Assembly (NCBI GenBank): GCA_041675165.1
Contig: JBAYUI010000001.1
Location: forward strand, 6,901 to 70,900
Source: Parcubacteria group bacterium
GTDB lineage: Bacteria > Patescibacteriota > Minisyncoccia > Moranbacterales > UBA2206
Direction of reading: 5' to 3'
Length of the DNA: 64,000 nucleotides
Below are positions 45,678 to 54,959 of this stretch, piece after piece. The first letter of the stretch is position 1. Every line of letters begins with the position of its first letter. The notes below the pieces were generated by a model. It saw only the letters and a program-made list of their open reading frames with translations, was not told the origin of the DNA and ran no database searches. The translations under genes and the position numbers were made by a program.

Positions 45678-45934
45678 GTTCGTTTTACTCAAGTTAAAAA
45701 TGCAAAATTAAAAATGCAAAATTGAACTCGAAAAATTAAATTTTAAAATAGTAAAAAGTAAATCCCAGCACCATGACTTAGAAAGTAAAGGTTTCTAAGA
45801 TATTCCACGAATTGCATATCAGAAAGACAATTGTAACCAGCTTGGAAATGGTGCGGGATAAAGGTTTTTACTTATCATTTGTATCATAAGCTGGGATTTT
45901 TGGCAAGTCTTGGTTTAAATGATAGAATTGAAAC

Positions 45935-46507
45935 ATGATTGCCAAACTAACGGGAAAAATTGAATATCTGAAAAGCACCTACGCTGTCATTGATGTGCAC
46001 GGCGTGGGATATAAGGTGCATCTCAGCGCCTACACTTTTGGAAAAGTGGCTGGCACGGCCGAAATCAGCCTGTTCATCCACACTTATGTGCGCGAAGACA
46101 CTTTGGCGCTCTATGGTTTTTTAGTGCCGGAAGAATTGGAAATGTTCGAGCTTTTGATTTCCATTTCCGGCATCGGTCCGAAAGCTGGCATGAGTATTCT
46201 TTCCATTGCTACGCCAAAAACGATCAAGACCGCCATCTTGAACGAAGACCCGTCCATTCTGACCAAAGTTTCCGGCATCGGCAAAAAAACCGCCGAGCGG
46301 GTGATCTTGGAATTGCAAAACAAGGTAGCTGATTTGAGTGTGGGCGACAAAGAAGAAGCAGTGACGGACGTGGATTCGATTGAAGCCTTAATGACCATGG
46401 GCTATTCCAACGCCGAAGCCCGCGACGCCTTGAAAAGCGTGCCGGCGGATGTGAAAGATGTCGGGCAAAGGATCAAGACGGCGCTCAAGAATTTGGGGAG
46501 AAGGTAG
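45935..46507 (+). CDS. ruvA: Holliday junction DNA helicase RuvA
   Basis: MIAKLTGKIEYLKSTYAVIDVHGVGYKV OB-fold N-terminus and tandem HhH motifs (ISGIGPK, VSGIGKKTAERV). Confidence 0.85.
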   Translation: MIAKLTGKIEYLKSTYAVIDVHGVGYKVHLSAYTFGKVAGTAEISLFIHTYVREDTLALYGFLVPEELEMFELLISISGIGPKAGMSILSIATPKTIKTAILNEDPSILTKVSGIGKKTAERVILELQNKVADLSVGDKEEAVTDVDSIEALMTMGYSNAEARDALKSVPADVKDVGQRIKTALKNLGRR

Positions 46508-46634
46508 GATGATAATTAAATAACTTGTAAGGTTTCATTAAAAAATTCTTTTTCGTGGAGAATTTTTTTGTTATGGCGGATAGACTGTTCAAAACTTTTA
46601 TTGTATGATTAAGGTATAAAATAAAAAAATAAAA

Positions 46635-47504
46635 ATGAAAAAAATCCCGATCTATTTAAAACTAGCAGTCGTTTTTGTCCTTGTGATATTGTCAGCCGCG
46701 GCTATTAAGGGCGGCAATGGATCTTTTGACTTTTCCCAGATAATCGCCTACGTGATTTTGATCATCGCGGTTTTCAGCTTTGGGTTGTTTATGATGTTTT
46801 CCTTGGAGAATCGCAAAGAAAGGATTAACTCCATCAAAGATTCACTGCGCAAGCAAGACGCTCATTTGCTCAACATCTACCAGTTTTCCAAATTTTTCGC
46901 GCCGAGCGTGACGGAAAAAATAATCAATCACATCGACAGCTATTTGATAACCCAGATCGATTATCGGATCGAGGATACCGATAGGTCGAGCGAGAGCCTG
47001 GCCGATTTTTTTGATTTAGCGAGACAGATCAAGGCTTCCACCGAAGAGCAGCGGGCGGTGAAAATGAGGATCATGAATAACTTGGAAGAGATCAGTTTGA
47101 TCTTGAAAGAAGTTTCTTTCAAGGCGACTGACCGGATGAGCGGTTATGAATGGATAAGTCTTCTGGCGCTGTTCTTCGTGATCGTCTTTGGGCTGTTCTA
47201 TGAGAATACTAATTCACTGGTGTGCATTTTCATCATTTCCATCATCGCCACGGCTCTGGCTCTTTTGCTGTTCATCCTGAGAGAACTGGACAGATTACAT
47301 TGGCAAGAACAATATTGGGTCTGGAATCCATTGGTGAATCTGTTCAAGGAGTTAGGTCTGGTGCCATATTTTCCGGAAATAATTTTCAAAACAAACCGAG
47401 TGGCCATCAAAAAGATCCGCGGCCTGACCAAAGCCCGGATCGCCATCTACAAATATCCCTACCCGAATTTCAAAGGTAAGAAGATTAAGATTGTGAAGGT
47501 GTAG
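46635..47504 (+). CDS. Hypothetical membrane protein
   Basis: 289 aa, N-terminal and C-terminal TM pairs with a helical middle; no recognisable motifs. Confidence 0.4.
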   Translation: MKKIPIYLKLAVVFVLVILSAAAIKGGNGSFDFSQIIAYVILIIAVFSFGLFMMFSLENRKERINSIKDSLRKQDAHLLNIYQFSKFFAPSVTEKIINHIDSYLITQIDYRIEDTDRSSESLADFFDLARQIKASTEEQRAVKMRIMNNLEEISLILKEVSFKATDRMSGYEWISLLALFFVIVFGLFYENTNSLVCIFIISIIATALALLLFILRELDRLHWQEQYWVWNPLVNLFKELGLVPYFPEIIFKTNRVAIKKIRGLTKARIAIYKYPYPNFKGKKIKIVKV

Positions 47505-47534
47505 GAATGAAATGTAAAAAGAAATTTTAAAAAT

Positions 47535-47559
47535 ACGACCGTGGTGGTCGTGTTTTTTT
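47535..47559. terminator. Bidirectional terminator hairpin ACGACC-gtggt-GGTCGT + T7
   Basis: Lies between convergent genes (the hypothetical membrane gene on + and TrmB2 on -). Confidence 0.5.
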
Positions 47560-48346
47560 ATCCCCACGGGTTTTCGGCTTTCTTGGCAAAAGTGAAAATG
47601 GTTTCGAAGAGGGTGTCGATGAGGCGAAAGAGGGCGGGGTGTCGGATGGTGATGGTGAGCGCCACATCAGGGAAGAGAAAAGAAATTTTGTTATTATACA
47701 ATACGACCAGACCCTTGATCGGCAAATTGGCTTCTGGGAGGGTGCGGATGTTCCACATCCGGTCACTGAGAATGCGATAGTTCTCAGGTGTGATGGATTT
47801 TTTGATATCAAACAAGATTTCTTCAGTGAAAATGGCCTTGGTCAGGATTTTCCTTTCCGCAACTTGGGTGAAGAAGAAATCCCAATATTTATTATCTAGC
47901 AGTTTCAATTCCGCTTCGGCCCCTTTTTTATCTTCAATAACTTTGAAAGTTGAGCCGACCGGCATGTGGATCACTTCGTCATATATTTTTTTGAAAGCGG
48001 CGTTGGATTCCATGATTTCGATCTGGGGCATTTCGCTTTCGGCATCATGCATTGATTCCAATTGGGGGAGTAGGGTTTTGAAATCCCCGACGCTTTGTTG
48101 CAATCTTTCGGCCAATTCAGCGGGGGCAATCGGGGAGATGAGTAATTTCTTACCTTTTTTCGTTTCCGTCAGGACTTTTTTCTTTAGGAGGCTTTTAATG
48201 TGAAAATAGGCCACGGTGCGCCCAATTCCGGCCTTTTCAGCGATTTCCGCAATGCCGGACTTTCCCAGCTTTAGGCACGCGGTATAAATCTCCGATTCCG
48301 CCTCAGAAAAAGCGAAGTTTTTCAGGATGTCGTTGATTTTTTCCAT
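47558..48346 (-). CDS. TrmB-family transcriptional regulator (paralog 2)
   Basis: From the internal Met: MEKINDILKNFAFSEAESEIYTACLKLGKSGIAEIAEKAGIGRTVAYFHIKSLLKKKVL wHTH. Divergent from cassette locus 2. Confidence 0.6.
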   Translation of the reverse strand: MEKINDILKNFAFSEAESEIYTACLKLGKSGIAEIAEKAGIGRTVAYFHIKSLLKKKVLTETKKGKKLLISPIAPAELAERLQQSVGDFKTLLPQLESMHDAESEMPQIEIMESNAAFKKIYDEVIHMPVGSTFKVIEDKKGAEAELKLLDNKYWDFFFTQVAERKILTKAIFTEEILFDIKKSITPENYRILSDRMWNIRTLPEANLPIKGLVVLYNNKISFLFPDVALTITIRHPALFRLIDTLFETIFTFAKKAENPWG

Positions 48347-48568
48347 AAGGTTATATGTTTTGTCATTCCTGCGCAGGCAGGAATCTAGTCGCAAATTATT
48401 AAGTTTCTACATTGGATCCCCGCATGCGCAAGGATGACAGGGAAGATATTAACTCCATCTTAGCACCTTTTCCGTATATTGTCAACAAAATTATTCATCA
48501 AAATATAATAAAATAATGCTTAAAATAAAGGATAATAATATAATATACCAATGATTTGACTATAATTA

Positions 48569-48597
48569 TTGACGTTTGCTTGAAATTGCGCTATACT
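48569..48597 (+). promoter_or_regulatory. Sigma70-like promoter P2 (TTGACG-N17-gcgcTATACT), paralogous to P1
   Basis: -35 at 48569-48574, -10 at 48592-48597. The downstream leader GATGAGAAACGAAAAAAACA matches the P1 leader. Confidence 0.55.
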
Positions 48598-48702
48598 ACG
48601 TTGTTACGATGAGAAACGAAAAAAACATCGCAACACAGTACATCGAAATCACCTCACAAAATTCGCTCAATATTGAGCAAAATATTTCACAAGGAGAAAG
48701 TT

Positions 48703-48927
48703 ATGATAGTTTTTATACTAACCTCGAACAAGCCATGCAAGAGTATTGAGGGAGTTTATCTTAAAGAGAGCACTGCAATTGCTGAGGATAATAGAGTATG
48801 TCCAGGATGGCAGGAGCGGGAAAGGGCAGAAATGAAAAAAAGGGAAGGCAAAAATATTTCCGAAATAGGATATTATATGTATTCACCTGAAATAAGTATC
48901 TATGAAAGAGAGGTGATTGAAAAATAG
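48703..48927 (+). CDS. Cassette G: small hypothetical protein (74 aa)
   Basis: ATG after RBS CAAGGAGAAAG. The stop codon overlaps the GGGCAACGAGAG...CGTTGCCTCTCTCATTGAG boundary hairpin, which is homologous to the locus 1 hairpins. Confidence 0.4.
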   Translation: MIVFILTSNKPCKSIEGVYLKESTAIAEDNRVCPGWQERERAEMKKREGKNISEIGYYMYSPEISIYEREVIEK

Positions 48928-49060
48928 GGCAACGAGAGAACAACAATTCATCGTTGCCTCTCTCATTGAGATCATTTGTGAAATGGTTTCATAGGGGAAA
49001 AGTACGTTGAAAATTGAATAGCCTGATAATGGGCGAAATATTATATCAAGGAGAAAGATC

Positions 49061-49456
49061 ATGGAGATAGTATTCGATATGGAGTTTATCAAGAGTGAAG
49101 CTGACAAGATGAAAAAAAGAAGCCTAGCTGTTGACAAACAAATCCTAAAAAGATCGAAAGCAAAAATCAGGCCATCTGTAATTAAATCTTTAGAAACGCA
49201 GGGTTTTGATGAGAAAATGCATATAGTTTCTGACCGCATATTGGAGATTTTTGCAGAAGATTGCAAGCACAGAGATAGCTGTATCGGTTGTAATGAAAAA
49301 GCAAGTGAAGTGGTAGCCGTCATGCTGAGAGATTTTATTCCTGATGATGGTAACCCTCCTAGGTTTTCGCGCTGTTGCAGTTTATCAGAGCTTTATAATG
49401 TGATAGTAGGTATGAATGTTGATAGATTCATATGGATTCCTTTTCGTAACTGGTGA
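49061..49456 (+). CDS. Cassette H: hypothetical Cys-containing protein (131 aa)
   Basis: Preceded by a spacer homologous to the locus 1 inter-cassette spacer (TCATAGGGGAAAAGT..TTGAAAATTG vs CTTATAGGGAAAAGTTCTTTGTAAAATATTG) and RBS CAAGGAGAAAG. Confidence 0.45.
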   Translation: MEIVFDMEFIKSEADKMKKRSLAVDKQILKRSKAKIRPSVIKSLETQGFDEKMHIVSDRILEIFAEDCKHRDSCIGCNEKASEVVAVMLRDFIPDDGNPPRFSRCCSLSELYNVIVGMNVDRFIWIPFRNW

Positions 49457-49463
49457 GTACTTA

Positions 49464-49500
49464 CCCCAGATAACAATTCGTTATCTGGGGTTTTTGTTTT
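49464..49500 (+). terminator. Rho-independent terminator closing cassette locus 2
   Basis: CCCCAGATAAC-aattc-GTTATCTGGGG + TTTTTGTTTT. Confidence 0.65.
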
Positions 49501-49548
49501 AGGTGATATAAAATAGACTACTTGTCCCTTTTATTATATGATTGAGCT

Positions 49549-50784
49549 ATGCTAGATAACCCGGAAAAATTCATTCGAGATAATTCGCCGGACGGCGGTT
49601 TTTTGCAGTCATCCGAGTGGAGGAAGTTTCAGGAGAAGGTGGGGAGGAAAACTCATGCCATTACCGGCGAGAGTTTTAATGCGTCTATTGTGAGTCATAA
49701 GCTTCCATTAGTTGGAACTTATTTTTATGTGCCAAGAGGGCCGGTGATGGAAATATCCAATATCCAATATCCAATATCCAATAAAATCCCAAATTCAAAA
49801 TCCCAAATTCAAGACGGAGTAGTTGAAATGATAAAATTAGCGGAGAAAGAAAATGCAGGATGGATTAGGATCGACCCAGCATCAGAAGATGTTTTGGAAA
49901 TGATTAAAGGTATTGTAGGGACAGACCTTGTGTCTGTCCTGGATGAGCAGGTACATCGTTCTGGGCGGACACAAGGTCCGCCCCTACGGAAATATAAAAT
50001 TACTAAGGCGCCGCATAATGTGCAGCCGAGAGAGGTTTTTATTATTGATATTACGAAAACTGAAGAAGAGCTTTTGGCGGAGATGAAATCTAAGACAAGA
50101 TATAATGTTAGGCTGGCGGAGAAGAAGGGAGTTAGTGTGAAGGCAATAACCAATAATCAAGAAACAAGGAACAAACAAATTTCAAATGACAAAATCCAAA
50201 TTTCAAATAAAATCCCAAATCCAAATGAACAAAATACGGAAAAATATATTGCGGAATTTTTAAGACTAGTGAAGATTACGGCGAGGCGGGATGGAATCAC
50301 TTCTCATCCGGAAAGCTATTATCGCCAGATGCTAGAAATCATTCCTAGTGATATTTTAAAACTATACGTAGCAGAATACGAAGGCAAGGTGATTGCAGCC
50401 AATCTAGTGTTGTTTTATGGTGAGACTTGCACGTATATGCACGGGGCGTCGGATGATGAATATCGAAATGTCATGGCGCCGTATTTGCTGCAGTGGCAGC
50501 AGATCAAGGATGCTAAGAAGGCAGGGTGCAAGAGGTATGATTTTGGAGGCGTCAGCGTTCAACCCCTCCGCACATTATTCACAACCCCTCCGTCCCAATT
50601 ACGGGACACCTCCCCTGAGTACAGGGGAGGGGGCAATTCGTGGAGTGGGATTACGCGGTTCAAGACCGGATTTTCGCCGAAGACGGCGTCGACTATTTTT
50701 CCCGGTAGTTATGATATAATTATAAACCCAAGGATGTATTGGTTATATAGAGGAATCCAGAAAGTTAAGAGTCTTATGAAATAA
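49549..50784 (+). CDS. FemAB-family peptidoglycan interpeptide-bridge aminoacyltransferase, with three in-frame low-complexity/repeat insertions
   Basis: FemAB/FemX-like blocks: DGGFLQSSEW, TRYNVRLAEKKGV, LYVAEYEGKVIAANLVLFYGETCTYMHGASDDEY, YDFGG...ITRFKTGF. Inserts: ISNIQYPISNKIPNSKSQIQ at 49753-49815, NKQISNDKIQISNKIPNPNEQ at about 50160-50235, and a GC-rich hairpin-bearing insert at 50560-50640. Confidence 0.65.
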   Translation: MLDNPEKFIRDNSPDGGFLQSSEWRKFQEKVGRKTHAITGESFNASIVSHKLPLVGTYFYVPRGPVMEISNIQYPISNKIPNSKSQIQDGVVEMIKLAEKENAGWIRIDPASEDVLEMIKGIVGTDLVSVLDEQVHRSGRTQGPPLRKYKITKAPHNVQPREVFIIDITKTEEELLAEMKSKTRYNVRLAEKKGVSVKAITNNQETRNKQISNDKIQISNKIPNPNEQNTEKYIAEFLRLVKITARRDGITSHPESYYRQMLEIIPSDILKLYVAEYEGKVIAANLVLFYGETCTYMHGASDDEYRNVMAPYLLQWQQIKDAKKAGCKRYDFGGVSVQPLRTLFTTPPSQLRDTSPEYRGGGNSWSGITRFKTGFSPKTASTIFPGSYDIIINPRMYWLYRGIQKVKSLMK

Positions 50785-50792
50785 GAGGAAAT

Positions 50793-52118
50793 ATGAAGAA
50801 ATTCATCCCGCAAAAATTGAAAAACTATTATCACTTGTTGCAAGCTATTTTGGCTAATGTTTGGTATGGCTTTCCCTCGCGGCATATCAAAATTATTGGA
50901 GTGACTGGGACGAATGGCAAGACGACCACGACGCAAATGATCGGACGCATTTTGGAAGAGGCGGGACATTGCACCGCGGTAGCATCGACCATCAATTTCA
51001 AGATTGGTCAAAAAGAGTGGGTGAACAAAACTAAATTTACGACACTCTCTAGCTTCGCAGTACAAAAATTCATTAGGCAAGCGGTGGACGCCAAATGCGA
51101 ATATGCCGTTTTGGAAACTTCTTCGCACGCTCTTGATCAAAATCGGGTGTGGGGCGTTGCGTATGACACAGCGGTCATGACCAATGTGACGCGGGAACAT
51201 TTGGACTATCACAAAAACATGGAGCAATACCGCATTGCGAAACTGAAACTTTTCGCGCGCATCAAAAAGGCGGTGGTGAATTTCGACATGGAAGACGCGG
51301 AGGATTATCTGGACGCGCCAGCCTCAAAAAAATATGCCTTTACCACCAAGGCTGAAGCGGAAATCGAAAATGAGGATGATGACAGGGACAAAATAAAACT
51401 TATAAAGGCGATGGATGTCGAATTGGAAATCAATCAGTCGCGTTTCAAGGTAGGAGGGGTGCAATTTGAACTGAAAATGCCCGGGCTTTTCAATGTGGAG
51501 AATGCTTTAGCGGCCATTTGTGTGGGTGTGTCAGTCGGCGTGCCTTTGGAAAAAATGAGCGTGGCTCTCGCTAAAATGACGGGCGTGCCGGGACGTATGG
51601 AACATATCCAAAACGACCGCGGTATCAATATCATCGTCGACTACGCCGTGACGCCGGACAGTTTGGAAAAACTCTACACGTTAATTTCTCAAATTAAGCA
51701 CGGCCCGAAGCGCACAATGGAACTCAGCGAGGCGGTGATTTCTAATAAGGTTATCGCCGTGTTCGGTTCGTGCGGCGACCGTGACCGCGGCAAGCGGCCG
51801 CTGATGGGAGCGATTGTTGATAAAAATTCTGACTATGCCATCGTCACCAATGAAGATCCATACACCGAAGATCCGCAACAAATTATTGACGAAGTGGCGG
51901 CGGGCATCATTGAGAAAAAAGAGAATGAAAATTTTTGGAAGATTATGGATCGGCGTGCGGCGATCCGCAAGGCTTTGCAGCTGGCTGCGTCGGGCGATGT
52001 CATCGTGGTCACCGGCAAAGGGGCGGAAGAAACGATGATGGTTGGGGACAAACAAATTCCGTGGAATGATAAGAAAGTGATTTTGGAGGAATTGTCCGAA
52101 CCACTGATTCGCACGTGA
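50793..52118 (+). CDS. murE: UDP-N-acetylmuramoyl-tripeptide synthetase, MurE-like
   Basis: IIGVTGTNGKTTTTQMIGRIL P-loop, Mur ligase middle domain, and DYAVTPDS (DYAHTP-like) C-terminal motif. Confidence 0.75.
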   Translation: MKKFIPQKLKNYYHLLQAILANVWYGFPSRHIKIIGVTGTNGKTTTTQMIGRILEEAGHCTAVASTINFKIGQKEWVNKTKFTTLSSFAVQKFIRQAVDAKCEYAVLETSSHALDQNRVWGVAYDTAVMTNVTREHLDYHKNMEQYRIAKLKLFARIKKAVVNFDMEDAEDYLDAPASKKYAFTTKAEAEIENEDDDRDKIKLIKAMDVELEINQSRFKVGGVQFELKMPGLFNVENALAAICVGVSVGVPLEKMSVALAKMTGVPGRMEHIQNDRGINIIVDYAVTPDSLEKLYTLISQIKHGPKRTMELSEAVISNKVIAVFGSCGDRDRGKRPLMGAIVDKNSDYAIVTNEDPYTEDPQQIIDEVAAGIIEKKENENFWKIMDRRAAIRKALQLAASGDVIVVTGKGAEETMMVGDKQIPWNDKKVILEELSEPLIRT

Positions 52119-52145
52119 GCTCACTGATTACACTGATAAAAAAAC

Positions 52146-52180
52146 AGGAACGGGTTTGTTATCCGTTCCTTTTGATTTTT
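52146..52180. terminator. Bidirectional terminator AGGAACGG-gtttgttat-CCGTTCCT + TTTGATTTTTG
   Basis: Lies between convergent murE (+) and the DUF212 gene (-). Confidence 0.5.
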
Positions 52181-52193
52181 GAAAAAAATATTT

Positions 52194-52634
52194 TTACCCT
52201 AACACTTTCGCCAAAACTAAAGTCAGAATGAACCCATAAATCCCGCCGATGATGACTTCACTGACGCGGTGACCCATGCGTTCTTTGAGGCGCGGGAATT
52301 GGTCATCGCTGATATTCAACTGGCGGATGAGCATATTTAAGTAGCGGCCTTGATCGCCCATGTAGACTCGCAGACGGGCGGCGTCGTCGATGACGATGAT
52401 GGCCAGAGCCACCGCCACGCAAAAAGCGCCACTGGCCATGCCTTCATAGTAGCCGACCGAAGTGACAAGTGAGACGATGAAACCGGTGTGGGCCGAGGGC
52501 ATGTGGCCGTGAGTCATGGCGTAGCGCCAATCCCAGCCGTGTTTGGTGCAAAAAACCACGAATTTTGTCATTTGCACGACAAAACCGACGAAGATCGGGA
52601 TAAGGAAGATGTAATAAGGTGAGATATCGAACAT
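52194..52634 (-). CDS. Divergent PAP2-family membrane protein (DUF212)
   Basis: HGHMPSAHTGFIVSLVTSVG and GGIYGFILTLV motifs typical of the DUF212 acid-phosphatase-related family. Confidence 0.65.
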   Translation of the reverse strand: MFDISPYYIFLIPIFVGFVVQMTKFVVFCTKHGWDWRYAMTHGHMPSAHTGFIVSLVTSVGYYEGMASGAFCVAVALAIIVIDDAARLRVYMGDQGRYLNMLIRQLNISDDQFPRLKERMGHRVSEVIIGGIYGFILTLVLAKVLG

Positions 52635-52759
52635 AGTTGTTTGTATTAATTTTTACCTTTCAATTAAATTATAACACATTTTAGGCAGTTTTACATACGG
52701 GTAGAAAGTTGTTAGAATAGAGACGTAATTAATCAAGCTAATAAATAAAACTAAAAAAT

Positions 52760-53305
52760 ATGGGAATAATTCTCTTGATCATTCTAGTGGTCATCGTCTT
52801 GGCGGTCGTTGGGATGTATAACGGTTTGGTGCGATCAAAAAATCGCGTCGATGAAGCGTGGAGCGACATCGATGTGCAGCTGAAACGTCGGCATGATCTG
52901 ATTCCGAATCTGATTGCCACAGTGAAGGGTTACGCGGCGCACGAAAAAGAAGTGTTTGAAAAAGTGACGGCGGCAAGAACAGCGGCCATTTCGGCCGGTT
53001 CGACCGGGGACAAGGTGCAAGCGGAGAATATGTTGTCCGGTGCCTTGAAGTCTTTGTTCGCAGTGGCCGAAAGCTATCCTGATCTGAAAGCTAATCAAAA
53101 CTTTTTGGAATTGCAACGAGAGCTGACTGATACGGAAGACAAAATTATGGCTTCCCGAAGATTTTACAATGGCAATGTCCGCGACTTCAACACTAAATTG
53201 CAAGTCTTCCCGACCAATCTGATGGCCTCAACATTGGGCTTCACCGCGCGGGAATTTTTCGAAGCGGCGGAAGGAGAGAAGGAGAATGTGAAAGTGGAAT
53301 TCTAG
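52760..53305 (+). CDS. lemA: LemA-family protein
   Basis: N-terminal TM plus GLVRSKNRVDEAWSDIDVQLKRRHDLIPNL, a conserved LemA block. Confidence 0.8.
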   Translation: MGIILLIILVVIVLAVVGMYNGLVRSKNRVDEAWSDIDVQLKRRHDLIPNLIATVKGYAAHEKEVFEKVTAARTAAISAGSTGDKVQAENMLSGALKSLFAVAESYPDLKANQNFLELQRELTDTEDKIMASRRFYNGNVRDFNTKLQVFPTNLMASTLGFTAREFFEAAEGEKENVKVEF

Positions 53306-53433
53306 TTTAATAAAATTTCAAAATCCAAAATCCAAATGCCAAATCAAATCCAAAATTCAAATGACAAAACCTTTGGATTTTGGGCTTTGAGCTTTATTTG
53401 ACATTTGATATTTCGATTTTGGATTTCAATGAA

Positions 53434-54327
53434 ATGACCCTATATACTCAATCCGATAAAAACGTCCGTCTCACTTGGGCCTACATCACCGGCTTTTTGG
53501 TTTTTGTGATGGCCGTCGGCTATGTTTTTGCCGGAGCGATGGGCAACAGTGTGATCTTGTATATCGCCGTGGCATTTTCTATTATCATGAGCTTTGCCTC
53601 CTATTGGTGGAGCGATAAGATAGTTCTTTCAATGTCTAAGGCCAAACTGATTGATCACGCAGCCAATCCTGAAATTTATCACTTAGTAGAAAATTTGTGC
53701 ATCACGGCCGGCTTGCCGGTGCCTAAAATATATATTATTGAAGACAGCTCGCCGAACGCTTTCGCGACGGGCAGGGATCCCGAACATGGCGTAGTGTGTC
53801 TTACGACGGGGATAATCGCTAAACTGGAAAAAATAGAACTGGAAGGAGTTATCGCGCATGAATTGTCGCACATCGGGAACCGCGACATCTTGCTTTCCAC
53901 AGTTGTCGTGGTTCTGGTGGGATTTGTGACACTCTTGGCTGATTGGTTCCGCAACTGGGCATTTTTCGGCGGGCGAGGGCGGAGTGATGATAATGAAAAT
54001 GGACAATTGCGTTTGATCCTCATTGTCATGGCGGTCATTCTTTCTGTCCTGGCACCGATTGCGGCCCTTATGATGCAGATGGCTATCTCGCGTAAGCGCG
54101 AATTCTTAGCGGATGCCAATGGAGCGCTGCTCACGCGTTATCCGGAAGGCTTGGCGCGAGCTCTTGAAAAAATATCAGCCGATCCGGCACCCCTCAAAGA
54201 AGCTAATCGCGCCACCGCCCACCTGTTTATCAGCAATCCTTTCCGTGGCAAGAATGTATCGAAACTTTTCATGACCCATCCACCGATTGAGGAGCGGGTA
54301 AAGATCTTGCGGAAAATGTCGATCTGA
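53434..54327 (+). CDS. htpX: HtpX-like M48 zinc metalloprotease
   Basis: HEXXH motif HELSHIGNRD, 4-TM topology, C-terminal FMTHPPIEERV. The start is set at MTLYTQ because the track extension overlaps the intergenic palindrome. Confidence 0.8.
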   Translation: MTLYTQSDKNVRLTWAYITGFLVFVMAVGYVFAGAMGNSVILYIAVAFSIIMSFASYWWSDKIVLSMSKAKLIDHAANPEIYHLVENLCITAGLPVPKIYIIEDSSPNAFATGRDPEHGVVCLTTGIIAKLEKIELEGVIAHELSHIGNRDILLSTVVVVLVGFVTLLADWFRNWAFFGGRGRSDDNENGQLRLILIVMAVILSVLAPIAALMMQMAISRKREFLADANGALLTRYPEGLARALEKISADPAPLKEANRATAHLFISNPFRGKNVSKLFMTHPPIEERVKILRKMSI

Positions 54328-54464
54328 TCGCGGCGCATATTTTTCCAAATAGTAGGATGGATATAGGAGGAACTTAGGGGATAATAATAGCTAAGAAGTG
54401 ATATATATGCTAGACTAAGGATAGAGAAAAAATAAAATCACTTAAAATAGAACGGAGGTGTAAT

Positions 54465-54848
54465 ATGGAAGAACAAAAAAATCAGGAACAAAACCAAGCG
54501 TCAAATCCAGCTTCAGTAGCGGGTGCGCCAGAAAGCAGTGACGCGGAAAAGAACAAATTGATGGCGATTGTGGGATATATTTTGCCTATTCTTTTCTTTG
54601 TCCCCCTCATCAATGAGGCATCGAAGAACAGTCCTTTCGCCAAGTTCCACGCCAATCAACAATTAGTCCTTCTTATTGCCGCCATAGTTGTGGATATTGT
54701 CGGCAGCATCATCCCGCTTATCGGTTGGTTCATAATCTTGCCGCTCGGTACTGTAGCTATCGTAGTGTTGGCAATTCTCGGAATTGTTAGCGCCTCTAAA
54801 GGTGAAACAAAACCTTTGCCAATGATCGGTGGATTCAAAATCATCTAG
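54465..54848 (+). CDS. DUF4870-like small membrane protein with an N-terminal low-complexity tail
   Basis: KNKLMAIVGYILPILFFVPL...FHANQ(Q)L, typical of DUF4870. RBS GGAGGTG. Confidence 0.45.
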   Translation: MEEQKNQEQNQASNPASVAGAPESSDAEKNKLMAIVGYILPILFFVPLINEASKNSPFAKFHANQQLVLLIAAIVVDIVGSIIPLIGWFIILPLGTVAIVVLAILGIVSASKGETKPLPMIGGFKII

Positions 54849-54870
54849 TTGCAAGTTTCCTTATCTGAAA

Positions 54871-54900
54871 ACAGCCCTGTTGTAAGCGGGGCTGTTTTTG
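54871..54900 (+). terminator. Rho-independent terminator
   Basis: ACAGCCC-tgttgtaagcg-GGGCTGT + TTTTG. Confidence 0.5.
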
Positions 54901-54959
54901 TTTCGCTCGGATGTGATATAATAGGACTGAACGAATATAAAAAATTTAGAAAATAATAT

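Noticed and set aside
53380-53433. N-terminal extension of htpX from the ORF track start (MGFELYLTFDISILDFNE)
   Set aside because: The extension is encoded by the intergenic oligo-repeat palindrome. The family-typical start MTLYTQ at 53434 was used instead.
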